This document shows positions 1 to 11,000 of a stretch of 47,983 bases of DNA, piece by piece (within the stretch, counting starts at the first letter, position 1; each line of letters begins with the position of its first letter). A program made the translations under genes and the position numbers. The stretch is from the IMG/VR virus record IMGVR_UViG_3300037502_001252, positions 1 to 47,983 of that record; one strand, 5' to 3'. This DNA comes from a virus. Taxonomy: Duplodnaviria > Caudoviricetes. Under the pieces are notes generated by a model, which had not been told where the DNA came from, made no database searches, and saw nothing but the letters and a program-made list of their open reading frames with translations.

Positions 1-1
1 C

Positions 2-223
2 TGTCCCGTTAAGCTCACTCAAGGTCAGTTCGATGCTCTTGTTAGCTTTAGCTTTAACGTTGGGCTTGGAACACTACAGCGCTCAACCCTCCGTCAGAAG
101 GTTCTGCGTGGGGATATGGAAGGTGCTGCGGAAGAGTTCTTGAAATATACACTGGCTGGGGGTAAAGTACTGAAAGGTCTAGTAACCCGCAGGAACGATG
201 AACGTGCCTTATTTTTAAGCTAA
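2..223 (+). CDS. Endolysin, GH24 phage lysozyme, C-terminal part (5' truncated by window)
   Basis: Manual translation: ...LTQGQFDALVSFSFNVGLGTLQRSTLRQK...AAEEFLKY..AGGKVLKGLVTRRNDERALFLS*; GH24 motifs FDALVSF.FN.G and L.GLV.RR..E. Confidence 0.92.
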   Translation, partial: CPVKLTQGQFDALVSFSFNVGLGTLQRSTLRQKVLRGDMEGAAEEFLKYTLAGGKVLKGLVTRRNDERALFLS

Positions 224-224
224 T

Positions 225-2072
225 ATGCCACTACAAAAACTACAGTTCAAACCAGGGGTCAACCGAGACCAAACCAACTATACCAACGAGGGTGGTTTCT
301 ACGAGTGCGACAAAATTCGCTTTCGTTCTGGCTATCCTCAAAAACTAGGTGGCTGGCTACGCTACGGTGATATTACCCTCAAGGGTATCTGTCGGCAGAT
401 GTTTAATTGGATCACGAGCTTCTCCGATAACCTATTAGCGCTTGGCACCAGCAAGAAAGTCTATTTAGAAGGCGGTGGCTTTTTAACGGATATTACCCCT
501 CTTCGGGCGACTTTTAACACCCCAGTAACCGATAACTGCTTTGACACCACGATTGGCTTAAATCTGGTCAATGTCAATATTGTTGGACATGGTGCTACGG
601 CTGGTAGCTTTGTCACATTTAGTGGGGTAGTAGGTCCCATTGGGGGTATCCCACAGGCGGAGTTTAACGCTGAGTTTGAGATCACCAGCATTACGGATGC
701 CGACAACTTTAAGATTACGACCACCACGGCAGCTACGTCTACGGCTACTGGGGGTGGCACAGCTATTACGGCAGCCTTCCAAATCAACATTGGTAACGAC
801 ATATCCGCCATTGGTTATGGCTGGGGTGCTGGTGGCTGGAGTCGACTAGGATGGGGTTCTGGTGCTTTGACCCCTGTGGTTGATATTCAGCGGGATTGGT
901 TCTTCGGTAATTTTGACAACGACTTGGCGATGAACATCCGCAACGGTGCGATCTATTACTGGACATATAACAGTTCGTTTAATACAAGAGCGACTCTCTT
1001 ATCGGCTACTACCATCAATGGCGTTGCGCCGTCTGATGTGCCAGATGAGGCGACACAGATTTTGGTCTCTCAAAACGACAAGCACTTGTTGGCTTTTGGA
1101 TGCACCCCCTATGGTGGTGGGCAGTTTGACCCCTTGTTAATCCGCTGGGCGACTCAGGATCAACCTAATGTCTGGACACCGCTAGTCACTAATTCAGCAG
1201 GATTCTTGCGGGTTTCTCGTGGTTCTCAGATTGTTTGTGCCGTGGCAACCCGTCAAGAGGTGCTGGTCTACACCGAGGGAACCCTTAGTTCTTTACAGTA
1301 TCTAGGCACGGCAGATGTGTTTGGTATCCAAGAACTTGCGGACAATATCTCAATCCTTAGCCCACGTTGCGTTGCGGTAGTTAATAACACGGCTTACTGG
1401 ATGGGGCATGATAAGTTCTATGCCTACTCTGGACGGGTAGAAACGCTTCCATCTACCCTAAGAAACCATGTGTTTACGAACCTGAATTACGAGCAAGCCG
1501 ACCAGATTGTGTGCGGCACGAACGAAGGCTGGAATGAGATTTGGTGGTTCTATCCAACCGCAGGAAGTACAGTCAATAATGCCTATGTGGTTTACAACCA
1601 CCTAGAGAGAATCTGGTACTACGGTACTATCTCCCGTACAGCATGGAACGACTCCTCACTAAGGGAATACCCTCAGGCTATCGGTGGCTACTATATTTAT
1701 GACCACGAGCGTGGCACAAACGATGACTTGTTGCCGATGACTTCCTTTATTGCGTCTTCGGACTTCGACCTTGTGGATGGGGATCAACTTATTTTGACCA
1801 AGCGGATAATTCCTGATGTCAGCTTTACTGGCTCTACGGCTAATAACCCAGCCGTGACAATGTATATCAAACCCCGCAATTTCCCTGGAAGTGCTTATAC
1901 CAACACGGAATCCCAGCAGGTTATTGAAACCTCGGTAGACATCTATACCGAGCAGATCTTTATGCGGGCTAGGGCTAGGCAGATGGCGATTGAGATTGAG
2001 TCCACGGACTTAGATGTCCAGTGGCAGTTAGGTAGTCCTCGTTTAGACGGTAGACCAGATGGAAGACGTTAA
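225..2072 (+). CDS. Virion structural protein, probable tail tubular/head-stabilization (P22 gp10/T7 gp12-like)
   Basis: 615 aa beta-rich; MPLQKLQFKPG start, LLIRWATQD, C-terminal RLDGRPDGRR; lies just before the ejection-protein genes. Confidence 0.65.
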   Translation: MPLQKLQFKPGVNRDQTNYTNEGGFYECDKIRFRSGYPQKLGGWLRYGDITLKGICRQMFNWITSFSDNLLALGTSKKVYLEGGGFLTDITPLRATFNTPVTDNCFDTTIGLNLVNVNIVGHGATAGSFVTFSGVVGPIGGIPQAEFNAEFEITSITDADNFKITTTTAATSTATGGGTAITAAFQINIGNDISAIGYGWGAGGWSRLGWGSGALTPVVDIQRDWFFGNFDNDLAMNIRNGAIYYWTYNSSFNTRATLLSATTINGVAPSDVPDEATQILVSQNDKHLLAFGCTPYGGGQFDPLLIRWATQDQPNVWTPLVTNSAGFLRVSRGSQIVCAVATRQEVLVYTEGTLSSLQYLGTADVFGIQELADNISILSPRCVAVVNNTAYWMGHDKFYAYSGRVETLPSTLRNHVFTNLNYEQADQIVCGTNEGWNEIWWFYPTAGSTVNNAYVVYNHLERIWYYGTISRTAWNDSSLREYPQAIGGYYIYDHERGTNDDLLPMTSFIASSDFDLVDGDQLILTKRIIPDVSFTGSTANNPAVTMYIKPRNFPGSAYTNTESQQVIETSVDIYTEQIFMRARARQMAIEIESTDLDVQWQLGSPRLDGRPDGRR

Positions 2073-3457
2073 TGGATTGCGTACCATACAACATAAAGGC
2101 GCCCGCACTACCTTTAGCGCCACCAGACTATGACCAACGACAACAAGACCAATTTCAGTATGCCCTGCGCCTCTACTTTAATCGGCTTGATAACTATTTG
2201 GCGGAACTAAGTAACTGTATAAACATGAGTGGAACAATAACTGACCCAACCTACGTCACTTTCCCGCCTACTAACGTAGATGCTTTTAATCGTCTAGTGG
2301 TAGCGTCTCCCTATACGCTATTTGACAGTCAGAACCGTTTTGCGATTGACAATCAGTTTGACACCAGCACGGCTACTGGGGGGTCTACTACCTATTTGCC
2401 TAACGAGTCCAGCGTTCAATTAAGCGTTACAACGAGCAGTGGCTCTGAGGTAGTTCGCCAGACTTATCGAACCATGCCATACCAGCCAGGTAAGGGTCTT
2501 GGACTATTGGCTACATTTGCTATGAACGCTGGTAAGACTGGATTGCGTCAGCGGGTAGGTTACTTTAATACCCAAAACGGTGTGTTCTTCCAGCAAAACG
2601 ATACGACTTTAGCTTTTGTTCTGAGGACTTATACCAGCGGTGCGCCTGTAGACACGGTGATTACCCAAGCCAACTGGAACGGGGATAAGTTAGACGGTAC
2701 TGGACCGACTGGTCGGGTGCTTGATGTAACTAAAACCCAGATTCTAGCGATTGATTTTGAGTGGCTAGGGGTAGGGGATGTGCGATGTGGGTTCTTTGAA
2801 GATGGCAAGTTTGTTATCTGCCATACCTTCCATAATGACAACGTAAACACTTCGGTCTATATGACCACGGCTATCTTGCCTGTCCGCTATGAGATTAGCA
2901 ATACGGCTGGTACGGCTTCAAGCTCGTCTATGAAACAGATCTGCTCTAGTGTTTACTCCTCTGGAGGTTATGAACAGACCTCGATTGACCATGTGGCTAG
3001 ACGCACAACGGTACTTGGCACTATTAATACGGCAGCAAACTTCCTTCCAGTGGTTTCTATCAGGCTGGCTTCAAGCGCTTTAGGTGCTGTGGTGATACCT
3101 AATCGGGTTCAATTTCAACCCACAACCCTACAGAACTATGAGATTGCGTTAATTAAAAACCCTGTCTTGACGGGCGCTTCATGGAGTGCTGTGTCTTCGG
3201 ATGCGAATGTGGAGTTTGACGTTGCAGCTACGGCTATTGCTACGGCAGGGACAATTGTGCAGACTGGCTATATTTCTAGTTCAGGTGGTGGTGGGCAGTC
3301 TTCTACTTTAGCCCCAACAGGATTTAACTGGGATACCCAACTTGGTGCTTCTTTGGCAGGGGTCAGTGATATTTACACTTTGGGTGTCAGAACCATATCT
3401 GGAGCCACTACTGGAGACGGTGTTGGATCCATTTCTTTCTATGACTTAACGCAATAA
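2072..3457 (+). CDS. Putative virion protein: short helical N-terminal module fused to ~400-aa beta-rich domain
   Basis: 461-aa ORF overlapping upstream stop (TAATG); S/T/G-rich. Confidence 0.55.
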   Translation: MDCVPYNIKAPALPLAPPDYDQRQQDQFQYALRLYFNRLDNYLAELSNCINMSGTITDPTYVTFPPTNVDAFNRLVVASPYTLFDSQNRFAIDNQFDTSTATGGSTTYLPNESSVQLSVTTSSGSEVVRQTYRTMPYQPGKGLGLLATFAMNAGKTGLRQRVGYFNTQNGVFFQQNDTTLAFVLRTYTSGAPVDTVITQANWNGDKLDGTGPTGRVLDVTKTQILAIDFEWLGVGDVRCGFFEDGKFVICHTFHNDNVNTSVYMTTAILPVRYEISNTAGTASSSSMKQICSSVYSSGGYEQTSIDHVARRTTVLGTINTAANFLPVVSIRLASSALGAVVIPNRVQFQPTTLQNYEIALIKNPVLTGASWSAVSSDANVEFDVAATAIATAGTIVQTGYISSSGGGGQSSTLAPTGFNWDTQLGASLAGVSDIYTLGVRTISGATTGDGVGSISFYDLTQ

Positions 3458-3458
3458 A

Positions 3459-3881
3459 ATGATAAACTTGACCTCAAATTCAGCGAAAATGGTTATGCAA
3501 CAGATGACTCCTACGCAGATTATTATGAACGACCCTACTTCGCTGGAAGACGGGTACGAAAACGTAATTGCTGCGCTAGAGCAACGTCTTGATGAAGGTA
3601 ATTCTTTACTAATTCAAAAAGACAATTCTTTGTTGTTTTTAACCAAGATTGATGATGGTGCGGTAGAAGCGCATTTTTATACTGTTGAAGAAGCGCACAA
3701 AGTAGTTAGTGCAGTGCAGCATTTTATTAATGAAATGATTAAAAGCGGGATCAGGGTGATGTACATATATGACTTTGGTGACGCTAATATGGAACGTATT
3801 CTTGGAATGATTGGACTAGATGTGCTTCCTTCTGATAAAGAGCAATACCAATTTATGGTTAACTTGCAAGGAGTAATGTAA
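3459..3881 (+). CDS. Hypothetical protein (start uncertain)
   Basis: 140-aa ORF filling the gap; TAATG overlap with next gene. Confidence 0.6.
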   Translation: MINLTSNSAKMVMQQMTPTQIIMNDPTSLEDGYENVIAALEQRLDEGNSLLIQKDNSLLFLTKIDDGAVEAHFYTVEEAHKVVSAVQHFINEMIKSGIRVMYIYDFGDANMERILGMIGLDVLPSDKEQYQFMVNLQGVM

Positions 3882-5416
3882 TGGGCAAGGTTGTAAGATC
3901 AATTACTCAGCCAATACAAAGAGGTATTGGTCAATTAAACCCATTAAATCCAGGCAGTGCCGTTGGTAAAATAACCCAACAAATTCCTGGGGTTAAAGAA
4001 GCCCAGAACATTGGCACCCAAATATTTCAGCCTTTAGAAAAAGCAGTTGTTCAGCCTGTTAGTCGTGGTTTAGCTAGTCTAGATAAAGCCGTAGGAAATG
4101 CCATCCCAGGGGGGTGGGGTACTATAGGTACTATTGCTGCTTCTATGATTCCAGGTGGACAGTTCGCCGCTTTAGGTCTTAGCAAAACAGCAGCTATGAC
4201 AGGTCTAGGAGCCTTAACAGGTTCTGGTGTGTTACGCCCAGGTCGTAGTTTCAACTTGCAAGGTGCTGTGATGGGCGGCGCTATGGCTTATGGTGCGTCT
4301 AAATTTGCTGATTACGCAGCGGCTGCAGGTGGGGCGGATACAAGCACAATGGCTAAGTTACCTACTTCGGAAGCAGCACCTGAAGTTTTACAACAATTAG
4401 CAGGTCCAGGAGCGCCTGTTGCATCTAATATACCTAGTGCGGCGCCTGAAGTGTTACAGCAGTTAGGTGGCCCAGGAGCATCTAGTTTCCCATCGGTGGG
4501 TCAGCAAGTGATGAGTGGTAATTTTGCAGATGCGGCGCGCCAAATTGGGTCGAGGATAAGTGACATCCCAAGCAATATTTATGATGCAGGGGTAAGCGCA
4601 AAAGACGGTATTGTTAACCTAGTTGATAAAGCCACTACACCTTCTACCTATACTGACTTCGGTAGTAGCTATGCAAAGAATGTTTCGGATATTGGTTCTG
4701 GGATTAAAAACCTCTTAACTGACCCTGCTGCTGCTAAAGCTGCTACTACGGCGACAGGCATTAATCCTATAACAGCAGCTGGTGCTACTCTCTACGGCGC
4801 TACAGGTTTGATGGCTCTTGACGAACAAGAGAAATACCTTAAAGAACAATTAGCTGCCCAACAGATTGCTCAGGCAGATTATGACCAAGCATTGGCAGAT
4901 ATTAACCGCCAGCGGGACTATGCGGCAGATGTCGTAAGACAAAGCCCATTTAATCCTAACCCAGACCGCAGTACCACTGTGGGTGAAACATATTACGGAA
5001 GAACTCCTGAAGAGTCGAACTTATATGCCCGCACCCCGACGAATTTATATGCATATGGTGGATCAGTAGATGACGAATTAGGTGGAGACTATACCGCTAT
5101 GGGTATGGACCAAGGCAATCTACAAAAAGGTTTGTTTGGTTTAGGTTATGCAGCGGGGGGACAACCACGCTTCTTGTCTGGCGGCGGTGATGGTATGAGC
5201 GACTCTATTGTCGCCACAATTAATAATAAACAACCAGCCCGTCTAGCAGATGGAGAGTTCGTCATTCCTGCTGATGTAGTTAGTCATTTAGGTAACGGCT
5301 CTTCCAAGGCTGGTGCAAAACAGTTATATTCCATGATGGACAGAATACGTACAGCTCGGACTGGTACTAAAAAGCAGGGCAAACAAGTTAACCCACGCAA
5401 ATTCATGCCTGCGTAA
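3881..5416 (+). CDS. Putative internal virion (ejection) protein
   Basis: Gly/Ala-rich, hydrophobic stretches; C-terminal GDGMSDSI..RLADGEFVIPADVVSHLGNGSS block; position in tail module. Confidence 0.65.
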   Translation: MGKVVRSITQPIQRGIGQLNPLNPGSAVGKITQQIPGVKEAQNIGTQIFQPLEKAVVQPVSRGLASLDKAVGNAIPGGWGTIGTIAASMIPGGQFAALGLSKTAAMTGLGALTGSGVLRPGRSFNLQGAVMGGAMAYGASKFADYAAAAGGADTSTMAKLPTSEAAPEVLQQLAGPGAPVASNIPSAAPEVLQQLGGPGASSFPSVGQQVMSGNFADAARQIGSRISDIPSNIYDAGVSAKDGIVNLVDKATTPSTYTDFGSSYAKNVSDIGSGIKNLLTDPAAAKAATTATGINPITAAGATLYGATGLMALDEQEKYLKEQLAAQQIAQADYDQALADINRQRDYAADVVRQSPFNPNPDRSTTVGETYYGRTPEESNLYARTPTNLYAYGGSVDDELGGDYTAMGMDQGNLQKGLFGLGYAAGGQPRFLSGGGDGMSDSIVATINNKQPARLADGEFVIPADVVSHLGNGSSKAGAKQLYSMMDRIRTARTGTKKQGKQVNPRKFMPA

Positions 5417-5425
5417 AGGATCAAT

Positions 5426-6364
5426 ATGCCAACATCTACCTCAATATCAACAGCCCTAACAGACGTCCCAGAGGTCTTGCGCCCGTATATTACGGGACCT
5501 GGCGGGGTGCTTCCTACTGCGCAGACTATATTATCTAAAGACTACGCTACTACTTACGGCACTCCACTACAACAAGCAGGTTTAGCAGGGGCAGGGCGCG
5601 TTGCAGGTTTAGCCCCAATGCAGCAGCAAGTAGGTCAGCAGTTAGGAGCGATGGCTACTCCTACACAGTTTGGTGCTGGTACAAGTGCGGCTCAGTTAGG
5701 TGTAGGTTCTACGGCTTTAGGACTTGGCGCTTTGGGTTCTTTGCTTAGCCCTGAGCAGACTCAAGCCTATATGTCGCCGTACGTACAGAATGTTATTGAC
5801 GTTAATAAAGCAGAAGCTCTGCGTGATGCGCAGAAAGGTTTGTTGGCTGGTAATCTTGCTGCGGCGCGTCAAGGCACTTATGGTGGTGCTAGACAGTTAC
5901 TATCTCAGACTGAGCAAGAGCGTAACCTCCAGACTAAGCTAGGTAACATCCAAGCTACGGGTATGCAGAATGCCTTTGATGCGGCACAAAAAGCACAGTT
6001 GGCTGCGGCTCAGGGTTATGGTGCTTTGGGACAGACTTACGGCGCTTTGGGTCAAACTTATGGTCAGTTAGGTACTGCCCAGCAAGCCTCTGATATTGAC
6101 CGCTTGAAGACTCAGGGTGCATATGGTGATCTACAGCGTGGTATCCAGCAACAGCAGTTAGATGCCCAGTATCAAGATTTGATGGCTAAACTTAACTATC
6201 CATTAACCAGCATTGAGACCATGAGCAACTTGGCTCGTGGTGTACCGCTTACACAGACCGCAACTTCTGGCGCTCAGACTACACCTCCGCCAAGCTTTGC
6301 AAGTCAATTAGCTGGTATGGGATTAACGGGTCTTGGTCTTTACAATATGTTTGGGAATCGATAA
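5426..6364 (+). CDS. Putative internal virion (ejection/pilot) protein
   Basis: Q/G/A-rich, YMSPY.QNVID motif, hydrophobic C-terminus LAGMGLTGLGLY. Confidence 0.65.
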   Translation: MPTSTSISTALTDVPEVLRPYITGPGGVLPTAQTILSKDYATTYGTPLQQAGLAGAGRVAGLAPMQQQVGQQLGAMATPTQFGAGTSAAQLGVGSTALGLGALGSLLSPEQTQAYMSPYVQNVIDVNKAEALRDAQKGLLAGNLAAARQGTYGGARQLLSQTEQERNLQTKLGNIQATGMQNAFDAAQKAQLAAAQGYGALGQTYGALGQTYGQLGTAQQASDIDRLKTQGAYGDLQRGIQQQQLDAQYQDLMAKLNYPLTSIETMSNLARGVPLTQTATSGAQTTPPPSFASQLAGMGLTGLGLYNMFGNR

Positions 6365-8070
6365 TGAGCATATTAGGCGCACTTAAACAGCAGACTGAGT
6401 CGATTGACGACTTAGCAAAACTCCCACAAGTCATGATTATGCAGATGGCTCAGAGGGGTCAGATCCGTGAAGATATGCTTGCACCCATCCTTGGGCGTAA
6501 GGCAGAAATGGCTGATGCGGTAGCCCGTATGCAGGCTTTACAGACCGCAGGACAGACACCCCCTACGGTGATGGAGCAGTTGATGACCGCCAATGCGATG
6601 GCTGAACAACCAGAAATGGAAAATATGGGTGTGGCTCAACTACCAGTACCAGAGCGTGAATATGCTGGTGGTGGAATTATTGCGTTTGACGAAGGTGGCG
6701 ATGTAGAAGATGACGACACCGAAGAGCGTATCCGTAAATCTCGTATGGCATCGTTTGGTATGCCCGTGGATCAGTTGTACGCCATGCTTTCTAAAATCCC
6801 AAGTATTCCTAGCCAAGTGGCATCCATGATTCCACAGTCTTATGAGCGTGCCAAGGCTGCCACACAGCCAGCTACCGTATCAGAGACCGCTGAGATTCAA
6901 AGAAGGGGTAACCATAAATACGAAGACATGGTGATTAAAGAGGCTACTCGTCAAGGAGTTGATCCTAATTTAGCCGTCCATGTACTGTACAAAGAAACAG
7001 GGAACTTAAAAGACCCTGAGAATGCTCGATCGAAGGCTGGTGCGTTAGGCGTTATGCAACTAATGCCTAAGACAGCCAAAGAATTAGGCGTAGATCCTTT
7101 AGATCCTATGCAGAATATCCAAGGTGGTATTTCGTATTTGAAGAAGATGTATGCCAAATACCAAGATCCCGTATTAGCCGCCGCAGCGTACAACGCAGGC
7201 CCAGGCAGAGTAGACCGCGCCCTCAAATCTGAAGGTGGTCTTGGTACGCTCCCACGGGAAACTAGAAACTACATGGTTGGATTAGCATCTGGAGGAGAAG
7301 TAAAGCACTTCCAGTATGGCGGTAGCACTATGGGTGGATTTGATGACCCTTATACCGACATTGGTGTTCCAATCGTTCCAGATCTCAGCGATGTCATTGA
7401 TCCAGCTACTGGTCAAACATTATTTAGTGGATATAGTCGACCCTCAAAGAAAACTGAATCCGCTAAAAAAGAACCTGCTAAACCAGCGGCTCCAGCTGCT
7501 CCTGCGTTAACCGAGGAAGAAATAGCTCGATTTACTAGAGAACCCGCACAACCTGAGCGAGACATTTTCGCTGAACTATTGGCCCAACGAGCCGCAGATA
7601 GAGAGGCCATTAAAAAGAGTGCAGCCGAAGATCGTAATTTGGCGTTACTAGCCGCTGGATTGGGAATGATGGGAGGCACATCGCCCTATGCGTTTGCCAA
7701 TATTGGTGCTGGTGGTGCTAAGGGCGTAGAGGCTCTGGCCGCATCTAAAGCCAGAAGAGCCGCTGAATTGAATGCCCTGAATAAATCTGAAACTGAAGCT
7801 CTGTATTATGGAGAAGAGATTAGAAGGCGCAATCAAGTCCAAAGAGCATTAGAGTCAGAGCGGGCGATTGATAATTTATCGGCTTACGATACCAAGTTGC
7901 GTAAAGGCTTCTTTATGGAAGGTGTTACCCCAACGCCTAAACAAATTGAAGCATACGAAAATGCAAAAAGGAATGATCCTATCTATCAAAGACTGGCTAG
8001 AGATGCTAATATTTCAGCAAATCAAGCCCGTCAACCAAATAGAATTAGCTTCTCATCAATCCCAAGGTAA
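6364..8070 (+). CDS. Internal virion protein with soluble lytic transglycosylase (SLT, GH23) domain
   Basis: ET (catalytic Glu), SKAGALGVMQLMPKTA, NIQGG..YL, AAAAYNAGPGRV, PRETRNY. Confidence 0.9.
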   Translation: MSILGALKQQTESIDDLAKLPQVMIMQMAQRGQIREDMLAPILGRKAEMADAVARMQALQTAGQTPPTVMEQLMTANAMAEQPEMENMGVAQLPVPEREYAGGGIIAFDEGGDVEDDDTEERIRKSRMASFGMPVDQLYAMLSKIPSIPSQVASMIPQSYERAKAATQPATVSETAEIQRRGNHKYEDMVIKEATRQGVDPNLAVHVLYKETGNLKDPENARSKAGALGVMQLMPKTAKELGVDPLDPMQNIQGGISYLKKMYAKYQDPVLAAAAYNAGPGRVDRALKSEGGLGTLPRETRNYMVGLASGGEVKHFQYGGSTMGGFDDPYTDIGVPIVPDLSDVIDPATGQTLFSGYSRPSKKTESAKKEPAKPAAPAAPALTEEEIARFTREPAQPERDIFAELLAQRAADREAIKKSAAEDRNLALLAAGLGMMGGTSPYAFANIGAGGAKGVEALAASKARRAAELNALNKSETEALYYGEEIRRRNQVQRALESERAIDNLSAYDTKLRKGFFMEGVTPTPKQIEAYENAKRNDPIYQRLARDANISANQARQPNRISFSSIPR

Positions 8071-8073
8071 TCA

Positions 8074-11000
8074 ATGCCTTACGAAATTCAGTTACCAGAT
8101 GGTACGATAGTTGGTGACATCCCAGATGATTTAGATCCATCTGCGGCTAAGGCACAAATATTAAAAGCGTACCCTGAGTTAGCGTTAGGAGAGAAAAGAA
8201 CATGGGGCGAGGCAGCCAAAGATGTAGCAGCCAGTCTTGGCGTGGGCGTTGGTTCTTTGCTTCAGGTTCCGGGGCAGGTAGCGGGACTGGTTACAAGAAA
8301 AGTAGACGAAACCACTGGTTTACAAGGGGCGGGCAAACGACTCGAAACATTTGCCGAGCAAGCAAAGTCCCCAGTTCTACGAGCTAAAGAAGCCGCGCGC
8401 AGTCAGCAGATTGCACAAGCAGAAGGTCTTTTAGACGAAGCAGGGACAGCCATTGGAGCGACCCTCAAAGATCCATCGTTGCTTGGATCATTTATTTTTG
8501 AACAAGTCCCCAACCTAATCGGTACGATGGGTGGTGGTTTACTGACTCGTGGCGTAGTCAAAGTAGCCATGAAAAACGCCACCGATGACGTATTTGCTAA
8601 AGCGGGTGTTCGTGGAGCAATCGGCACTGGTGCTACCATGCAAGGTGCTGACATTGGTACAGCCACCTACGAGAATGTTTATAACGAGTTAATCAGTCAG
8701 GGTGTGGATGAGCAAACCGCCACTAGAGAGGCTTTGTCTCGTGGTCGTATGGCAGCCGTTCAAGCCGCCGCGATTACGCTTGGAACATCTTATGGAGCTG
8801 GTGCTACGATAGAACGGGCGTTAACCCGTGGTATGGCTGGAGTTCCCAAGACAGGGATTATCCGTGGAACCTTGGGCGAGACCCTTAGCGAAGCCGTAGA
8901 AGAGGGTGGCGGTCAATTAGTCTCCAACATTCAATTACAGGGCGTAGCACCCGAAACGGATGTCTTTAAGGGTGTAGGAGCAGCAGCAGGTCTTGGAGCG
9001 GTTGGCGGTGCTTTATTTGGTCTTCCAGCCAGCTTCGTAAATAAGGCGAATGCGGTTGAATTAGAGAAAGCCAAAGCTCAACTAGAAGAAGCCAAGCGGA
9101 AGGCAGCTGAAACCCTACAGCCTCAGACAGTCAATCTGGCGATTGGCTATGACCCCACCGTAGAGGGTAGCGGAGTCTATACCCCGATTATTGTCAATCC
9201 TGACGGCACTACGATATTCCCAAGTGAGCGTAATCAATTCGCTCCTACGGCTACTTCTGAGCTATCCGAAAAAGGTTTTAGAGAGAAATACGGCATTCGC
9301 AGTCCAGAGCAAATTAAGGACATGACCTTTGATGCGGATCGCATCCGTTCTTTTGGCATCTCCCCCAAAGCTAATCTGTATAAAAACAAAGATGTATTGG
9401 GCGCGGATATTGCAAAACCAGAGGAAGCAGCCAAGGTTAAGGAAGCCCTTGAAGATTATCTAAAGAAGTATCCAAAAGCCAACCCCACCATCCGTAAGAA
9501 TATAGAAGACTATCTGGCAAGACCTGAGTTCCAGCCATTGCCTGTATCGGAAACGGCTACTGAGATTACTGAGGCAACGACCACCCCGGAGGCGGACGCT
9601 AAGGCTATTCGTGACCGTATGGTTGAGGGCTTTAAGAATCGCCCAGAGATCAAAAAGATCTACGATGAGTACGATCAATTCATGCAGGCCAGAGATGTGG
9701 ATAAGGCCGCCTTGTCTGCGTTCAATACTGTGGTCTCTCCTGAAGTCTTAAAGAACCTTGGAATTAACCCAGTAGCGTCTATTTATCAAGATGCCGAAGT
9801 TGTTAATGCCGACTTATCCGTTCCTGAGAATGCAGACCGAGTCCGTGCCAAATTAATGGCGTTTAAAGAACAGTCTAAAAGCCAGCGTGTTAAAGACAAT
9901 ATCGATACTTATCTAAACCGTGCTGAGTTCTTAACGCCTCAGTATGTATACGACATCCTCAACCCACCGATTGAAGAGGGCAAAGAGGCTGGGCAAGAAC
10001 AGTTTGTGTTTATTGATCCAGCAGGAAACATTCAATCCCACTACGGCAATATCGTTAAGCGAGGTAATAAACGCTTTGCCAAATACAAAGGTGGCGAGCG
10101 TGAGCTGACCGAAGATGTTCTGGTAAACCCTAATCCTACCCAAGTAGAGATCTTGGATCTTTACAAGCGTAAAGAAAAGCTCATGAAAGAACCTGATGAG
10201 TTCAAGAAATGGCTCATGGGCTTTGGTATTGATCCTTCTGAGAGGGCAGACATTGGTGTTGATAAGCGAGTGCCTAATCGTTTATTTAGGCGTGGTGGCT
10301 TCTATCTTGATGACTTACTGAAGATTGCCCTCGAGCAAGACATCCTAAGCGTAGCAGATATTGACATTACACAACCAGACGGTGGTGTTCAGGACTTTAG
10401 AGATCTGATTCGTACATCGTTAGATGGTGGATTTGTACCTACGCCAAATAATGTCCGTGTAATGGCTGATTTGGAGTCCATTCAAAACAACATTGAATAT
10501 CTAGAAAATGAATTAAAGGGCGCTCCAGAAGAGGCGATAGCGGAAGAGTTTCGTGGTGAAAAAACAACAGAAGAGAAACCGCCAGCACCTCCTAAAGAAG
10601 TAGAGGAAGAAGCTCCATCAGAAGAAGTAAAGCCACCAACAGCTACCACTACAACAGAAGAAATACCGTTGTATGAATACAGCGAAGGTATTAATACTGC
10701 GATGATGGATGCGATACCAAATTTAAATATTACTTCACAAGCAGCCATTGATACATTAATTGCTAATGATTTAGTAAAACAGGATCCAGATGGCAGACTG
10801 CATTTATTGCCCAAAGGAAATGCGTTACTTGCTGAAATTCGTGCATTTAGCAAACTAAGCGATAAAGCAAAAACAATCGAAGCTCAAAAAGCTTTATTTG
10901 CAAAATATATCCCTCCTGAAGGCAAAGGGACTTTAGAGTCTCGTGAAGGTGGCAAACCATCTAAGATTTCTAAAGCAGAACAAAAACTTGAACAAGAATT

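Noticed and set aside
4360-6075. Short tandem peptide repeats (AAPEVLQQLxGPGA twice; YGALGQT-like three times)
   Set aside because: Ordinary slippage repeats in low-complexity ejection proteins
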